Below, in pieces: positions 51,401 to 64,000 of a stretch of DNA of 64,000 nt (position 1 is its first letter; every line of letters starts with the position of its first letter). Origin of the DNA: Yuukianura sp. NJ FZ-2021 (taxonomy: Eukaryota); assembly GCA_046563655.1 (NCBI GenBank), contig CM102286.1:13578001-13642000 (forward strand), read 5' to 3'. The position numbers and the translations under genes are program-made. The notes beneath the pieces are model-generated. The model ran no database searches, had not been told where the DNA came from, and worked only from the letters and a program-made list of their open reading frames with translations.

Positions 51401-54400
51401 GAAAAAAAGCTAAAGACTCGCTCATCAATTAGTTTTTTATGGACTAATCTGCTTTCTAACTTCCAAACCACTTTAGAGAAAAAGCATTTTGTGGGCGTGG
51501 CTGTTTTTGGCAATATACGATCACAATATTTTTTGAAAAACTTTGCAAAATTTCTTGAAAAGAGCTTGAGAATGTGGTTCCGGACATATTGAGCATGTTG
51601 GAAATTATTTTCATAAAAATTGAAATATAGTCACAACTTTTTTGGCGGGGAAAGTTTTCAAAAAACTTGTTCATTTTTTTTATACTTTAAGTTTTACTAA
51701 CAAGTCCAAGCAGTAAAAGTTGACTGAGTGATGCTAATTTTTCACAGAAGAAAAACTTGGTTTCAAAAGTACGGGCGCCAAGTTTTCAGGAATTTCCATT
51801 TTGAAAATTTGAAAAGTGAAAGTTGTACCCGCAGTAAAGTAAAAAACTCAATTCCGGGCGTGTCAAAACCAAAATATTGATTAGCCTTAGAGTAACCAAA
51901 AGTAGCCTCAGCGAGAACCGCTCTATGGGCAGACATGTAGTTAGAAAAAAACTGGCGCGAAAAAAAGTTGAGGTTGAGTTCAAAAATTTCTTGAACTAAA
52001 AAGCGGGAAAACTTTTCCCGTCAGTTTGAGTGCGTTAACGTCCAAGACAGCGAAACGAAGCAAAAAAAGTAAAGTGGGGGCGGTGCAAAGCAGTAAAGCT
52101 AAAAAACGTTAACGGTCGACTACACTTTCCACTGGTTCTTAAGGATTAGTTAGCAAGCTGGTGCTGGGCTTTGGAATTCTAGGCTTTAAGAAAGCGTGTG
52201 GCGACGTGTGTCGCCTCTGGGGTGACATTGCCTCCCTTCTTCTGAGTATTAGTAAGTAGGTTAGTTTTCGTTAGACTAGCTTAGGTTAGTGTATTAAACC
52301 TCAAGTAAAGACATCCAATCCTGCCTGTTTCAGTTACGCGTACTCAAGTAACTGAAACGCTCAAAGTGAAAGTCATAGGCAGGCAGCAGGTCGTTATTAT
52401 GACGAGGCTTGGCAGTAGATGTCAATAACACTCTCTTTCTCCTTCACTGCCTAGCCTAACTTTCATCTTCCGCAGAGCTAACCATTAATACAAGGAAAGT
52501 TTACGTTTCGGTTCAAATTTGGGCTGCTTCTAAGTCTAATGGATTTTGAAAGTTCATCCTTAGAAAATTACTCTCTTGTCCTATTATCGTTCTTGGATTA
52601 CTAACGAGTGACTAAAAGTAATACTATGACTATGCAAGGTTACTTGACAAAGGAAAGTTAGATTTGTTTAACAGGGTGAGTACTACCTCGCCTGTTGACA
52701 GAAAAACGAAAGAAACAAAAATTGTTACCAATTTTAGTACCAATCCAAAAAAAATGCCACCAATTCGTATGCAAGATTTAAAAAATTCGGCTGTATTGTT
52801 ATGACCGCGGTGCATTGAAATGAAAAGACACTTTTTTTTTTTTTGCAAAATCAAAAAAAAAACGAGGTATTACCCGACCTGTTAAAGAAAACCAAAGTCA
52901 ACAAACCTTGATGACTATGAACACAAACGTTAAGGTTAGGCAACTGAAGTCACAAAAGTTACTCGGCCGCTCGTTTAGTCTAACTTTGAGCATTTAAAAT
53001 TAACCGGACTTTCACTTTTGTCCAAAAGTAAACTTCCAAGAGTTTGTGCGTAACTTTCTCCAGGTGTAACAAACTGTTTGAATCTTTGCGAGGGAAAGTT
53101 CGGAATGTTTGAATTTTGGCGGCAAAAAGTTTGGAATGTTTGAATCTTGGCGGAGAAAGTTCAAAATGCTCGAATCTTTGCTGTTTGGAAAGGCCGGAAT
53201 TATTTCTGACCGGTTAAATTAGCAGATTAAATATTATTACTCTCGCTTAGCATGCTGAAGTTAGCAACTGCTTGAGACCGATTTACGATCTCATTATAAT
53301 ACTTGAAGGTTAGAGTTTGCGTGAAACGAAACCTTAAATAAGTTGAATTTAGCACGGACTTTTTGAACACTGTGAGAACTTACACAGTGCTCCACTTTCT
53401 TACTTTCCGCGTGATGTTCAAAATGTAGGCAATCCTTTTTTGTTTGTCTCTGTAAGTGTATGTGTGCTTTCTCTTTTTCTTTTTATTTGGCTATCCATGA
53501 GAACCTACGTGCTTTCACTCAGTAAACTCTCACGCATCACGTTATCTGATTACTCAATTTTTCAACAGAATTAGGTAGTGGGACAAGGGAAAAAAAAATA
53601 AGTAAACAAGTTTTCAAAAGCAGAAAAAAAGTTTTTAAAGAAACTCTATCAAAATTTAATTCTGTCGGGCCAAGTTTGTTTGTGAAAACAAACACTCAAA
53701 AAAAGTTTACTTTCATTTTCTCAAAATCTGAAATGTGTCAAGCTCAAACATGCGTTAAAATATAAAAATTTGCCCAAATCTATAAAATCTTGACACGTTG
53801 ACAAAAATCTTTTATGTATGTTCATGTGAATAAAATATGATACGAATTGCGTCAAAAATTGTTTTGACAGAAACTGTTAAAAGGATTTCAAGCTTTGTAA
53901 AAGCTGTAGTTGAAAGTGAAATGCCTGTAACTCAAAAACTGCTTTGATTTGTATAGTTTGCTGGTGTGTGAGTTTGTTTGTTTGAATTTGTTCAAACAGT
54001 TTGTAAATCTGGAGTCTTTGTTACTCTTTGAGTTAGAAATAAGGTCAAAATCTCCTCCGAAATCGCAATATCTTGGTGCATAGTATAGCATTGTAGATAC
54101 AGTAGGATGAAAGTAGAGATGGAGACAAAGTGTGGAAGGTGTAAGGTATCCTTTGAATTGAAATTGAAGTCGACATAGTGAAAATGCCAGGAATGCTTTC
54201 TTCCATGTCAATGAACGAATTGAAAAGAGCTCGGGCACACTTCAGCTTCCATTTTGTCTGTTTGTCCTCTTCCTCTTTTTGGAAAACTAGGCTATCGCGA
54301 CATCACATGGAACTGAAAGTAGGATTTCAACACAGCAGTGGATTCCATGTTATACTAAAAACTTGCCGCCACGCTGCTGGGTGGAAGACTTTGAACAAAG

Positions 54401-57400
54401 TGAGTGAAAGCTACTTTCTCTCTGTTGTCAACCGCTGACTGTCCACCCACCAAAATCCAACTTCCAGTTTAGCGCCTGAAATTTTTTGAAACGGAAAACA
54501 TGGACAACATTCCCTCCCCTTCCAAACCCCCCCCCACCCCCCTCTTTTTTGGTAGGGGGGGGGGTTAACATTTTTTGAACAGATTTGATGTTACTACCAC
54601 CGGTGCGGTTCAGAACAAGGGCGGAGAAACGCATTTCACTCGTCAACTTTCTCCCTTTCCGTTGTCTCGTTTTTGAACACGTTTGAAGGAGAGGCGTGGA
54701 GGTGTCTGTATGTCTGCTGGTTTTCCGAGAATTCAGAGAAACAGTCTGCACCGCACAGTTTCCTCTTTGTGGAATCCATCTGTCATCCTAATCCTAAAAG
54801 TTACTGACATCTTCAAAATTAATCTGCCCAACATCCCGCGTCATCTCCTTATCAAAACAGAAATGTCTCTCGGATGATACAAAAAAAAACTTTCGTTCTT
54901 ATACTTTCTTTTGTTATTTTGAAAAATCCCGTGCTTTTGAATTCTCAAGAGAATATTTTTTTTGAAGGAAGGAAAATGCATTTTTCACCTGAGACAGAAA
55001 TGGCATAAACGTAAGAAAAATCGAATTGAAGCTAGTGTAACTTTTTTAAACTAACCTAATGGTTTACTTAACTGTTAGATCAAGTTAGTTACATTAGTGT
55101 AAGTACTAGTGGTCAGTGCTAATCGATTCTCAAAAGTGAAAGTAAGCATACCCACTTGAAGTCCACTCTAACGCTAATGTTGACTTTGTGCTCGCCAAGC
55201 ACTTGGAAACAATTAAGGTCAATTTCTAGTTTTTCAAGTTCAATTTCAAATAAATCCTTTTTTTTATCTTAGATTTGAAACTGTTTACAGCAATTTTCTT
55301 ACCTGAGCCATCTTCCACTTTTTTTCAAAATAGTTTGACTACAGTTTTGAATTGTTTTTTTCTTCAAAAAGTTTGGAGGTGAATGGTCTGAGAGCTTTGT
55401 ATGCGTCAATTGACACAGTTTTTTTTGTTAAATAATAAATTGAATAATAAATTGACTATTTGACACTTCGGCTAAAAACTGGGTTTTGGAAACTTATGGA
55501 GGGAACACTGGAGCAATTGAAAATTGATGGAAGCGAAGTAGCATGAAATTGAAGGAAAAGTGAAGTTTGAAGTAGAGCGGGAAATGACTTTGAGAAATTG
55601 ACTAAACTTTCACCTTTCAATTTTAGTTTGAGGTTACGTTCTCCTGAATAGTAGGCCCCTTTGTTTACCCAACAAAAAACTTTTGAAACTAACTTTTTTA
55701 GTCTCGAAAATTTGAAATTTACATTTACTATATTTTAAGTTTCAGGTTTCTCTGAAAAGGAAAAGTTTGTTTTATCAATTAACTACTAACAAAAACAGGA
55801 AAGAAAAAGTTTAATTTAACAAGGTTCTCCCCTCATCGATTTTTGTGTAGAGAAAATCGTACCTCTAAAACAAACTCAAAAATTTACTATTTGCAATTGT
55901 GTTACACATTTCGGGTATCACATTTTAATAACGTTCACAATGTTATGCAACATGAAGGTTCTATTAAACTATTCATTGATTTTGGTTGAAACCTCCCCTC
56001 ATAAAATTTTCAAAACGAAACTCAAACTTTTTTTTTGTATAATTTTCAGGAAAACCTACACCGCATATTGAGTGGAGACTTGGCGGGAGGCAAATCGGTG
56101 CAAGTGAACCAATTTACCGCCAAAACAATGGCGAAATTCAAACAAAAATGTTGAGAGACTTGGGAGTAAGGAGAGAACATCATGGCGCCAATTTGACATG
56201 CGTCGCTTACAATTCAAATCTTACGGAACCCATAACCGAAACGCTACGAATCAGTTTACATTGTACGTTTTTAAACTAATTTCAAATTTTTAACAAAAAT
56301 TGCCGCATTTCTAAAACATTTGAGTAGAAAGGTTTCAAAAAATTGAGTGCTTTTTTGCATTTCAGAAGGTTTGAGTTCCATTTCATTTTTAAATTTTGCT
56401 CTCCTGCTTTCATTTAATTTTGAGCGTTTAATTAACTTGGAATCAGACTCCAGAGAGAGAGAGAGAAAGCAGGAACATTTAAAAATTTCTTTTCCAATTT
56501 ATTTTTAGTGAGGCCTCTTTCCGTACGAATCAAGGAAATTGGAAGCATCGTAGCCAACCAACGGCATGAGCTGGAGTGCGTTGCTTTAGGTTCCAGACCC
56601 GCAGCCATGATAACTTGGTGGATGGGAACCCCCGGCATTCGGCAGCTCACTGACGTGACTATTTTGGTAATTTCAAAAAAAAAAAACTAAAAAAAAAGCT
56701 GAAAAAAAGAAAAAAAATTTTTTTTTCCCTGGATCATTCCCTTCCCTACTTTAAATAACTACTATTGCTTTCCTTACGAGAAAGCTTTTTTGAAATAATA
56801 ATGAAGGAGAAAGCTTTTTTTTCTCAAGCTTTTTTTTTCAAATCAGCTTCATAACAAGCAAAAAGCATCTTGCTTAAAAATCAAATTTCAACTGTACTGA
56901 CACGAAGAGTTATAGGGAAACCAAATCATAAATTTTCCCGGCAAAAATTCTATATTTTTTTGTCTGCCTAAAATTTTTTTGAAGAAAGTTTTTATGAAAG
57001 CGTGAGACCACAAAAAAGTATAATAAATTGTTGACAGAAACTCTGCCTGCTCATACCTAGTTGACATGCAAAAGTGATTTTCCCATTTCCATTTTAGTAT
57101 GAAGGGGAAACTGTTCTTTTTGTTCACAAAAGCCTATTTATTCCCTCCACGGATATTAAAATGAGCCTATGGAGATTTGTATCTACTCTTTCTCCCGCCG
57201 TATGCACTTTCTCCACAACCTTGTTTCAAAATTTTGAAAAAACTTTCGTTTTCTGAGAATTGCTTTGGATTCGGACTCACGCACAGATGATTTTAGGTTC
57301 TCATTTTAATTAATATCATTTGCTGAAAACTTCAATTCCTGAGTTTATCGAACCATAATAGTTACTTCCTCTAAAAGAGAGGGAGAGAAATAGTGAGGAA

Positions 57401-60400
57401 AGTTTCAAAGCAGATGCTTTGAAAACTTTTTTTTTATAGTAAAAGTCAAAGTGTAATTTTGTCAAGGCTAAAAAAAGTTTTTCTTTAACCAGCCCAGCAC
57501 CATCCGATTATGGCGATAAAGTTCGTTTTAGCGGGATTCTGTGAATAGCACCCCGTTCCCCCTCACATTCTTTACATACTGCATAAAACGGAAGATAAAC
57601 GGAACCCCCCATAATTCTTTTGATCTCATTGCGACAAATGTACATTACGACCGAAGTTCATAATGGCTACTTCAAGTACTTTGGATTCAAAGAACACGTT
57701 ACAAAAGTTGGAAAAGCATTTGGGACATTTCTAACAGCCATTCTCAAAAAATTAAACAAATTAACACCCTCATAAATCGGATCAATACACAAAAATTTTT
57801 ACATGAACAAAAGCCACCGTTTTTATGTTTTTTTCTCTGATCACATTAAACGACATGCAATGAGTTCTGAAAAAAAATTTAATTTCATTATTTTTAAAAC
57901 TGCAAGAATCAAATTTAAATATATTGGTCAATTATTTTATATTATTGTAATCCCCTTTCTAGTGCAAGCAAAATTGCAATTTTTTTAAAAGAAAAACCTA
58001 TAAATCTTCTTTCTTAATTTTAAAATTAGTTGACCTTTTCTCTTCAATTTGACGTTCTTCGACTTGTGAAACCAAAAGTCGCAAGTTATATAGCTTTTTA
58101 ATTACAGAATTTCTGTCTTTTGTGCCGGAAATCCCCTCACGGTTTCTCACAATTTTGTAGCTGCTGTTCTTAAACGTTTTATTGTTGATTTCAGAGCAAT
58201 GAAGGGGGACTTGGACCAGTTTCAGATGAAGTAGAGAATGTGACTCGGAGTCGTCTTGCCCTCGTTCCGTCAATTGAGGATCATGGTGAAAAAATAACAT
58301 GTCGAGCAGAGAATCCATGGGTGGCTCGGAGCTTTGTCGAAGACTCATGGGTCCTCCATGTCGTTTGTAAGACAACCATAAATCTCTAACTAGTTGTTCA
58401 CCCGAGACAGCCCCAACTTTACGCAGCTCAAACGAAAAGAGAGATATGGACTGAGGAGAAGAAAGAGCGGGAAAATAGAAATTTCCAATTTGGTTTGGAC
58501 TGGAACACAGTTCGTAATGCTGGTAGCACACAGAAACCTTTCATCCTCTGGCCCGCTTTCTTCCGTCGTCCAGCCATCCATACCCTGATTGTTGAGTCTC
58601 CCTTAGGATTTCCTGTACCCTTTCAAGTACCCCCTGAATGTACAATGCTGATGGATGGCTCCTGATTTTCCATTACCGCTCACTCCAACGCTCGATGGCA
58701 CTTATTCTCCCTCCTTTAGCACTCAGAAGCTCTTTTTCAAAGTGATACTGTAAACTGTATGTCTCTTTGAACTAGTCTTGGTAACAAGTTCTGGAAGAGA
58801 GAAAGTTGTGACAGATCATTTTCAATTCCAAAAGCATCCCGGGGATCTTGGAGGCGTATGAATTCAAAACGGCGGGTATTATCATCTCATTTTGAAAAAT
58901 TTTGGATTTGGTACATTTCAGATCCACCAATTGCTGAACTTCGGTTGGGAGCTGCCCTTGTCAAGGATGGAATCAAAGAGGGGGATGATGTCTACTTTGA
59001 GTGTCATCTCAAATCGAATCCGCCTGTGCAAAAACTGATTTGGAAGCTCAATGTGAGATTAACTTTTCAAAATTTTGGTTTTGTTTTAAAAAAAAAAGCG
59101 TTTCATTTTTTTGAAAACATCAATGTTCGGAATTAACCAAAAAAAAAAGAGCTGGCAGGGAAAGTTTAATTTTTTTCCAAAAGGAAATGAATTTTTTCTG
59201 TTTTTAACTTAATGAAAGACGCTTCCGCGCTTTAAGCGCGACGAAGTGGAAAGGTGAAAGGGCTTGAAAATTTATTTGACCTTATTACCAAGTCACATTT
59301 CTTTTCTTTTGTTTCATTTTAGGGTCAACCACTTCAACACAACGTAACTGCCGGTGTAATCCTAAGTAACCAGAGTCTCGTTCTTCAAGTGGTTACACGA
59401 CACATGGCCGGAAATTACAGTTGCGTTGCATCCAATTCCGTGGGCTCATCTGTCAGCAATACATTTCCACTAAGAGTCAAATGTAAGAAAAAATACACAT
59501 TTACACTTTTTCATTACTTTCTCTAACTTTATGCACTTTCACTCTCCAGGAAGCTAAAAAGTCGCTCGGTACATTAGAAAGAATTTATGTTTGTAAAATT
59601 ACAGTCTGAAAAGTATATTTTGCTGTCGCGTGCCTATTTTATGTTAAGTGTAACAAAAACCTTTTGTTTTCAAGGCCAGAAATTAACATGAGATTGAAAT
59701 CTGGTGAGGTTGAAAAGGCGCTCATTTTGAATTGTGCTCTGATTTTGGGAAGTGAATGCGGAAAGAGGACTTTTGAGAGAAATGATATGGAGGGAGTAAC
59801 TAACTTAATAATGCTTTTGGCATAATGCTTTCTCGGGCTCCATTCAAGGAGAAAGCGGAGAAAGTGAATGTTAGGCTATGCCAAGTGTATAAAATTTAAT
59901 TAGTGAATTGCTCTTGCCTTAAATGAGAAGATATCCATCTTGATTAACTTTAATTTCCTACTCTACTTTCTTTTACTTAGACTAACATTACCTAACTTTT
60001 CAAAATTATGAACCTAACATCGTTCAACTCAAAAATTTTATGAGGTTTCTCTGTCTGACCTTTCTAAGACTTAAAAAAATTGAAATATGAAAAAATGTGG
60101 AGTTTTGGATTTGTTGTTTGTTTAAAATTTTGAAATTGAAACGCATTTTAGCGAACAGAAGTTGTGCAATTGTTGTTTGAACGCTCTTGGTGGAAAAGTT
60201 TAAAACAAGAATTGAGTGAAAGTCTAAGTTTATTTGTTCAAATCAAATCTTTAAGAGTTGGGAATGTTGTTTTGGCGCACACTTTGTACATTTTCATTTT
60301 GTTGACTAAGGCTTGTGTGAGTTGAAAGGGAAAGTTAAGGGCCTCTGAAGAAAGTGGATAGGATTGTGTAAATTTGTAATCAGACTAAAGATCCACTTTC

Positions 60401-63400
60401 TCTTCTAACAATTTCTTCCTTTATTTCTATACTTTTGAAGTGTAGTGCGCCGCTCTACTTTTCTTTGTGCTAAAAAAGTAATGTTCAAAGCCCCGTCTTC
60501 TCTAATTGTTTCCAGACTATGATACGAAGGAGTTCAAAAAAAGTACCAGATTTGTGCAACTTTCACTTTTATTTTTGTTCTTGTTGAAAATGGAGATGCT
60601 GCTCTATATTCTCCAAGCATGATTAATCTTATGCTTCTTTTCTTTTATTTTCTCCAGCCTTCTTCTTTTCTTACTAAAAAATTCATTCCAACATTCTTTC
60701 CGTTTTTTTGAAACTTTTTTTTTTGTAAGCGCGAGTGAAGTTCTTTTGTTCAAATGGAATTTGGAACAGTTTCCGCGAATTTCAATTTTCAGTTCTAAAT
60801 TTTCAGTGAAAAATTTTGAATTGCCAAAAAAATTACTTTTCAAAAAATTTTGCTCAACTTTTGCCAAAAATGCGTTGCACTGCAAAATTCACAAAATTTT
60901 TCCTACTCTTCAATGCAATTGTAATTTCACGGGTGTTTAACATTGTTGGGTGAAACGGAAAAATAGACAAAAGTTATGGATATGAATGTGTTAGCGTTTA
61001 GTGAGCTTATTATCATATTCTAAAGTTAGGCTATCGATTTGACACTAGAATTAGAAAGATTGAGGTTAGTTTGTGGATTTTAACGTTTTTGAGCTATGGA
61101 AAGATAAAGTTAGGTTATGGATTTTTGGATTTTAAGGCTACGGAGGGGTTAGGTTATGGATCTTCGGGTTAAATTTTGAGCCCATTTGGAGTCTAATCTC
61201 CATTTGCCATGCAGATTTTAGATTTTAGTGAAAGTAGAATACTGTGAAAGTGCTCTGAGCATGGGGGTTGCCTAAACCGAGCTTTTGAGGGAAGCATTGG
61301 AGATGCTGGAAAATGTTCCTTTTGAAAGGCTTCATTCAAGTTGAAGTTTTGAAACGGAAGAGCGAGGGCCAAAATGGAGGAGGAACAGTCAGTCACTTTT
61401 CATCAAGCCATACGAATAATCTATTCCACAATTCTCTCACGCTTCAACAAAGTTTTGTTAGTTTTCTATAGGAGAGCCTAACCTAAAACCAGTAGAATTG
61501 AATCAAAGTTGGGGTTCAGTATGAAATCCTATTGTTAGAGCATAGAAGATTTGCTGATAATCGTACTTTGAGATTTCTCCATTGTTTCAATATTAACCAC
61601 CGCACAACACACTAACTCTCAAAACAAATTTCAATTTTAGCTGGAAAGTACTAAACCCTTATCAGGAGTTATTTTCTTCCATTTGTTAATTTTTACAAAA
61701 TTAATTTGGAGAAAGTTTTTCCAATTTCATAACTTAAGTTTGTGCTGAGTCAATATCTTTTTGAATATCCTTTGGAATGAACTTTTTTAAAAATTTGAAA
61801 TGAATTTGAATTTTTCGAAACCAAGTTGAATTTGAAAACTTCCGTGGTTTCTGGAGGTGAAGGGGCTATTTGAGAAGTACAAAGTCAGTGAAAAGTGTCA
61901 AACGCGGGAAATGGAGTAGTTTATGGTCAATTTCTCGTGTCTTTGTTCACTTTCAGCTCATGTTGAGAAAGTAAAAGAAAGTTGGAGGTCAAAGGTCATG
62001 GAATTTTTTCTTTAGATTTTGATATGATTTATGATAGCCGTCAATAAGTTTCAGGCGGTAATTCCATAATGAACAGCAAATGAAAATGAAGGAAGAGTCA
62101 GAAGGGGTCATGAATCATGTTGCGTGTTTGTAGCCTACTTAACCTAAAACCTAAACCTTTCTACTTGCAACTGTTGGAAACTTTTGTAAAGCTAGAGGCA
62201 TGGCTATGTTATCCGCTTTAAGCCTAACAAAGAGTTACGAAGATCCAAAATGTCAGAAATTAGAAAGCATTGCATGAGAAACAAAGAGTTACTGGTGAAA
62301 CATAATTTCATTAAAATTTGACAATGGACAAAAGCGGTGGGGTCAATTAAGAAAATTTTGAATGTTCCCAAAACATGAAATTTTGGTTGCATTTTCTATT
62401 GTTTTCTTCTCTGTTTTTAATTTCAGATGCTCCAATATGCAAACAGGATCAACCCACGATTGTTGGCGTGTCAAAGGGCGAACGAGTGACAATTAAATGT
62501 GAGGTGGAAGCGGATCCACCGGAAGTAAATTTCCGGTGGGACCTTGCCACGTCTGGACAAATGATCCAAGTTTCTCCTTCACGCTACTCGAGTCCCACCG
62601 GTGGGTCCATGAGTCTGCTTCACTACGCTCCTGCCACCAACCTAGACTATGGTTCATTATTCTGTCGTGGAAGTAATGCTGTGGGAGCTCAGGTGGCGCC
62701 GTGTGTGTTCCAAGTCGTGGCGGCCGGTAAGTTTCAAAATAGAAAGTGAAAGCAAACTTTCACCGAAATGCCGCTGGGTGGCGTCGAACCAGCGGCGGCA
62801 GTCGGTAGCTAGCGTAACTTAATCCACAAGCCTACTTTCACTTTTAAGCGAAAGGTGGCAGTGGAAACAACTTTCTCTTTTTCCGGAATCTAACTTTCTC
62901 CACCAAGCTTCAAAAAATTCGAAACCAATTTTTTCAAATTTGCTTAACTGGAAGTTTTGAAAACTTGCTTTAATCATTGTAAACAATTTTTGAAAATCAA
63001 AAAGTTGTTTTGAAATTAGAAAAAAAATCTAAAGTTCAAGAGTAAAAGTGAGAACATTATGATACATTTTTCATAATTTTTTTTAATATGTAGATTTTTT
63101 TGTAACTTTTTTTTTCATTTTTTATAAAGTTTTTTTTTAATTTGAGGTAAAAGTTACGTTAGTGAACCCAGGTTAGGTCTGTTTTAAATTTTTGCCAGAA
63201 GAAGTTTTGATACGGTAGATTTGAAAAATAAGTTGTTTGAATGAAAAATGAAAAGACGTTACTGTTTCCTCTCCTAGTGAAATAGTGAGTTTCATGCAGG
63301 AAGTCATGAAATTTCTAAACTCAATTTGGAAGCAATGAATCAAGTGAAAAAGGGAGAAAGTTAGTTGATAGGGCGGCCTGAGGCATCTGGTCCAAATGGA

Positions 63401-63893
63401 CCAAAGTCGGTTGCAGTACGGCCCACACCGTTTCTTGTACCCATGAGTCATTCCAAGTCCATATCTTAAGTGAGGTTATGTTAGATTCTGGAAGGAAGAG
63501 GAGAAAGTTGTTTGAAATTCAATGGGGTGCTTCTTAATGTGTAAATGTCTGTCTATAAATTGTGTTGTAAACCTTATTTTTTGTATTCTTCTCCAGAACG
63601 GCCGTCTCCAGTGTCTAACTGTAGCGTCTTTAATGAGACAAGTGAATCAGTGGAATTGAGTTGTGACGAAGGTCATGACGGAGGGCTCCAGCAGCACTTT
63701 GTTCTCGAAGTGTTTGAGACGAACTTCCCTGAGTTAAGATACAATGCCTCCAGCAAGTACCCCGCCTTTCATTTGGGCAATTTAACACCCAAAACGGGCT
63801 TTCGGATATTCGTCTACTCTGTCAATGCCAAAGGAAGGAGCGAACCATTTCACATTGACGACCTCATGCTCAGGCAGTCTGAAAAATTCGCAG
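48492..63893 (+). CDS. Sidestep-family (nephrin-like) immunoglobulin superfamily protein, five Ig domains + FN3; TM and cytoplasmic part beyond the window
   Basis: Phase-compatible exons 48492-48627, 49101-49309, 49635-49745, 56050-56262, 56509-56666, 58195-58366, 58922-59052, 59323-59482, 62427-62726 and 63597-63893. Family signatures: [109 protein letters not shown]. Confidence 0.93.
52635..52910. mobile_element. MITE family A, copy 3, 276 bp
   Basis: Ends CAAGGTT...AACCTTG with 9-bp direct repeat ATGACTATG at 52626-52634 and 52911-52919. Confidence 0.9.
53074..53181. repeat. Degenerate minisatellite, ~30-bp unit x3-4 (aaagtt(c/t)ggaatgtttgaat(c/t)ttggcgg)
   Basis: Units can be aligned by eye between 53074 and 53181. 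Confidence 0.75.
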
Positions 63894-64000
63894 GTTAGTT
63901 TAAAAAAAACACATTTATTTTTGCAAAAGTTATGTAAGGTTATGCTTAAGTTATGTAAGGCATAATATGTGAGGTCACGCACAACGCATAATGTTTATCC

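Noticed and set aside
53074..53181. CRISPR-like array
   Set aside because: Eukaryotic context, and the units are adjacent degenerate repeats without unique spacers.
21500..62300. Numerous 60-110 aa Phe/Lys/Leu-rich ORFs in the track
   Set aside because: Expected by-products of poly-A/poly-T tracts in introns and intergenic DNA.

Overview
Eukaryotic, intron-containing, AT-rich DNA from an arthropod (an R&R cuticle protein, a Sidestep-family gene and TTAGG-like motifs; a springtail-like hexapod is my guess). The first ~10.5 kb is a compact housekeeping cluster: MOCS1 (MOCS1A + MOCS1B, minus), a GPR180/TMEM145-family 7TM gene (plus), and PTRH2, COA4 and Rab1 (all minus). The remaining ~53 kb holds only two recognisable genes: a ~1,580-aa secreted mucin-like protein with a C-terminal Rebers-Riddiford chitin-binding domain, and a Sidestep/nephrin-like 5xIg + FN3 gene that runs off the right edge. 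Highlights: (1) COA4 and PTRH2 are 35 nt apart with a leaky-scanning signature, suggesting one bicistronic mRNA for two mitochondrial proteins; (2) the MOCS1A-stop-stop-MOCS1B junction has two frame-preserving splice routes; (3) a frame break in the cuticle mucin could be repaired by a 41-nt intron made of former repeat-coding sequence; (4) perfect nuclear-receptor IR1 (ecdysone-element type) and DR1 elements recur, and AP-1 sites cluster upstream of Rab1; (5) three small TIR-transposon families have intact target-site duplications. All exon coordinates were derived by hand from GT-AG boundaries and reading frame. No database searches were run.
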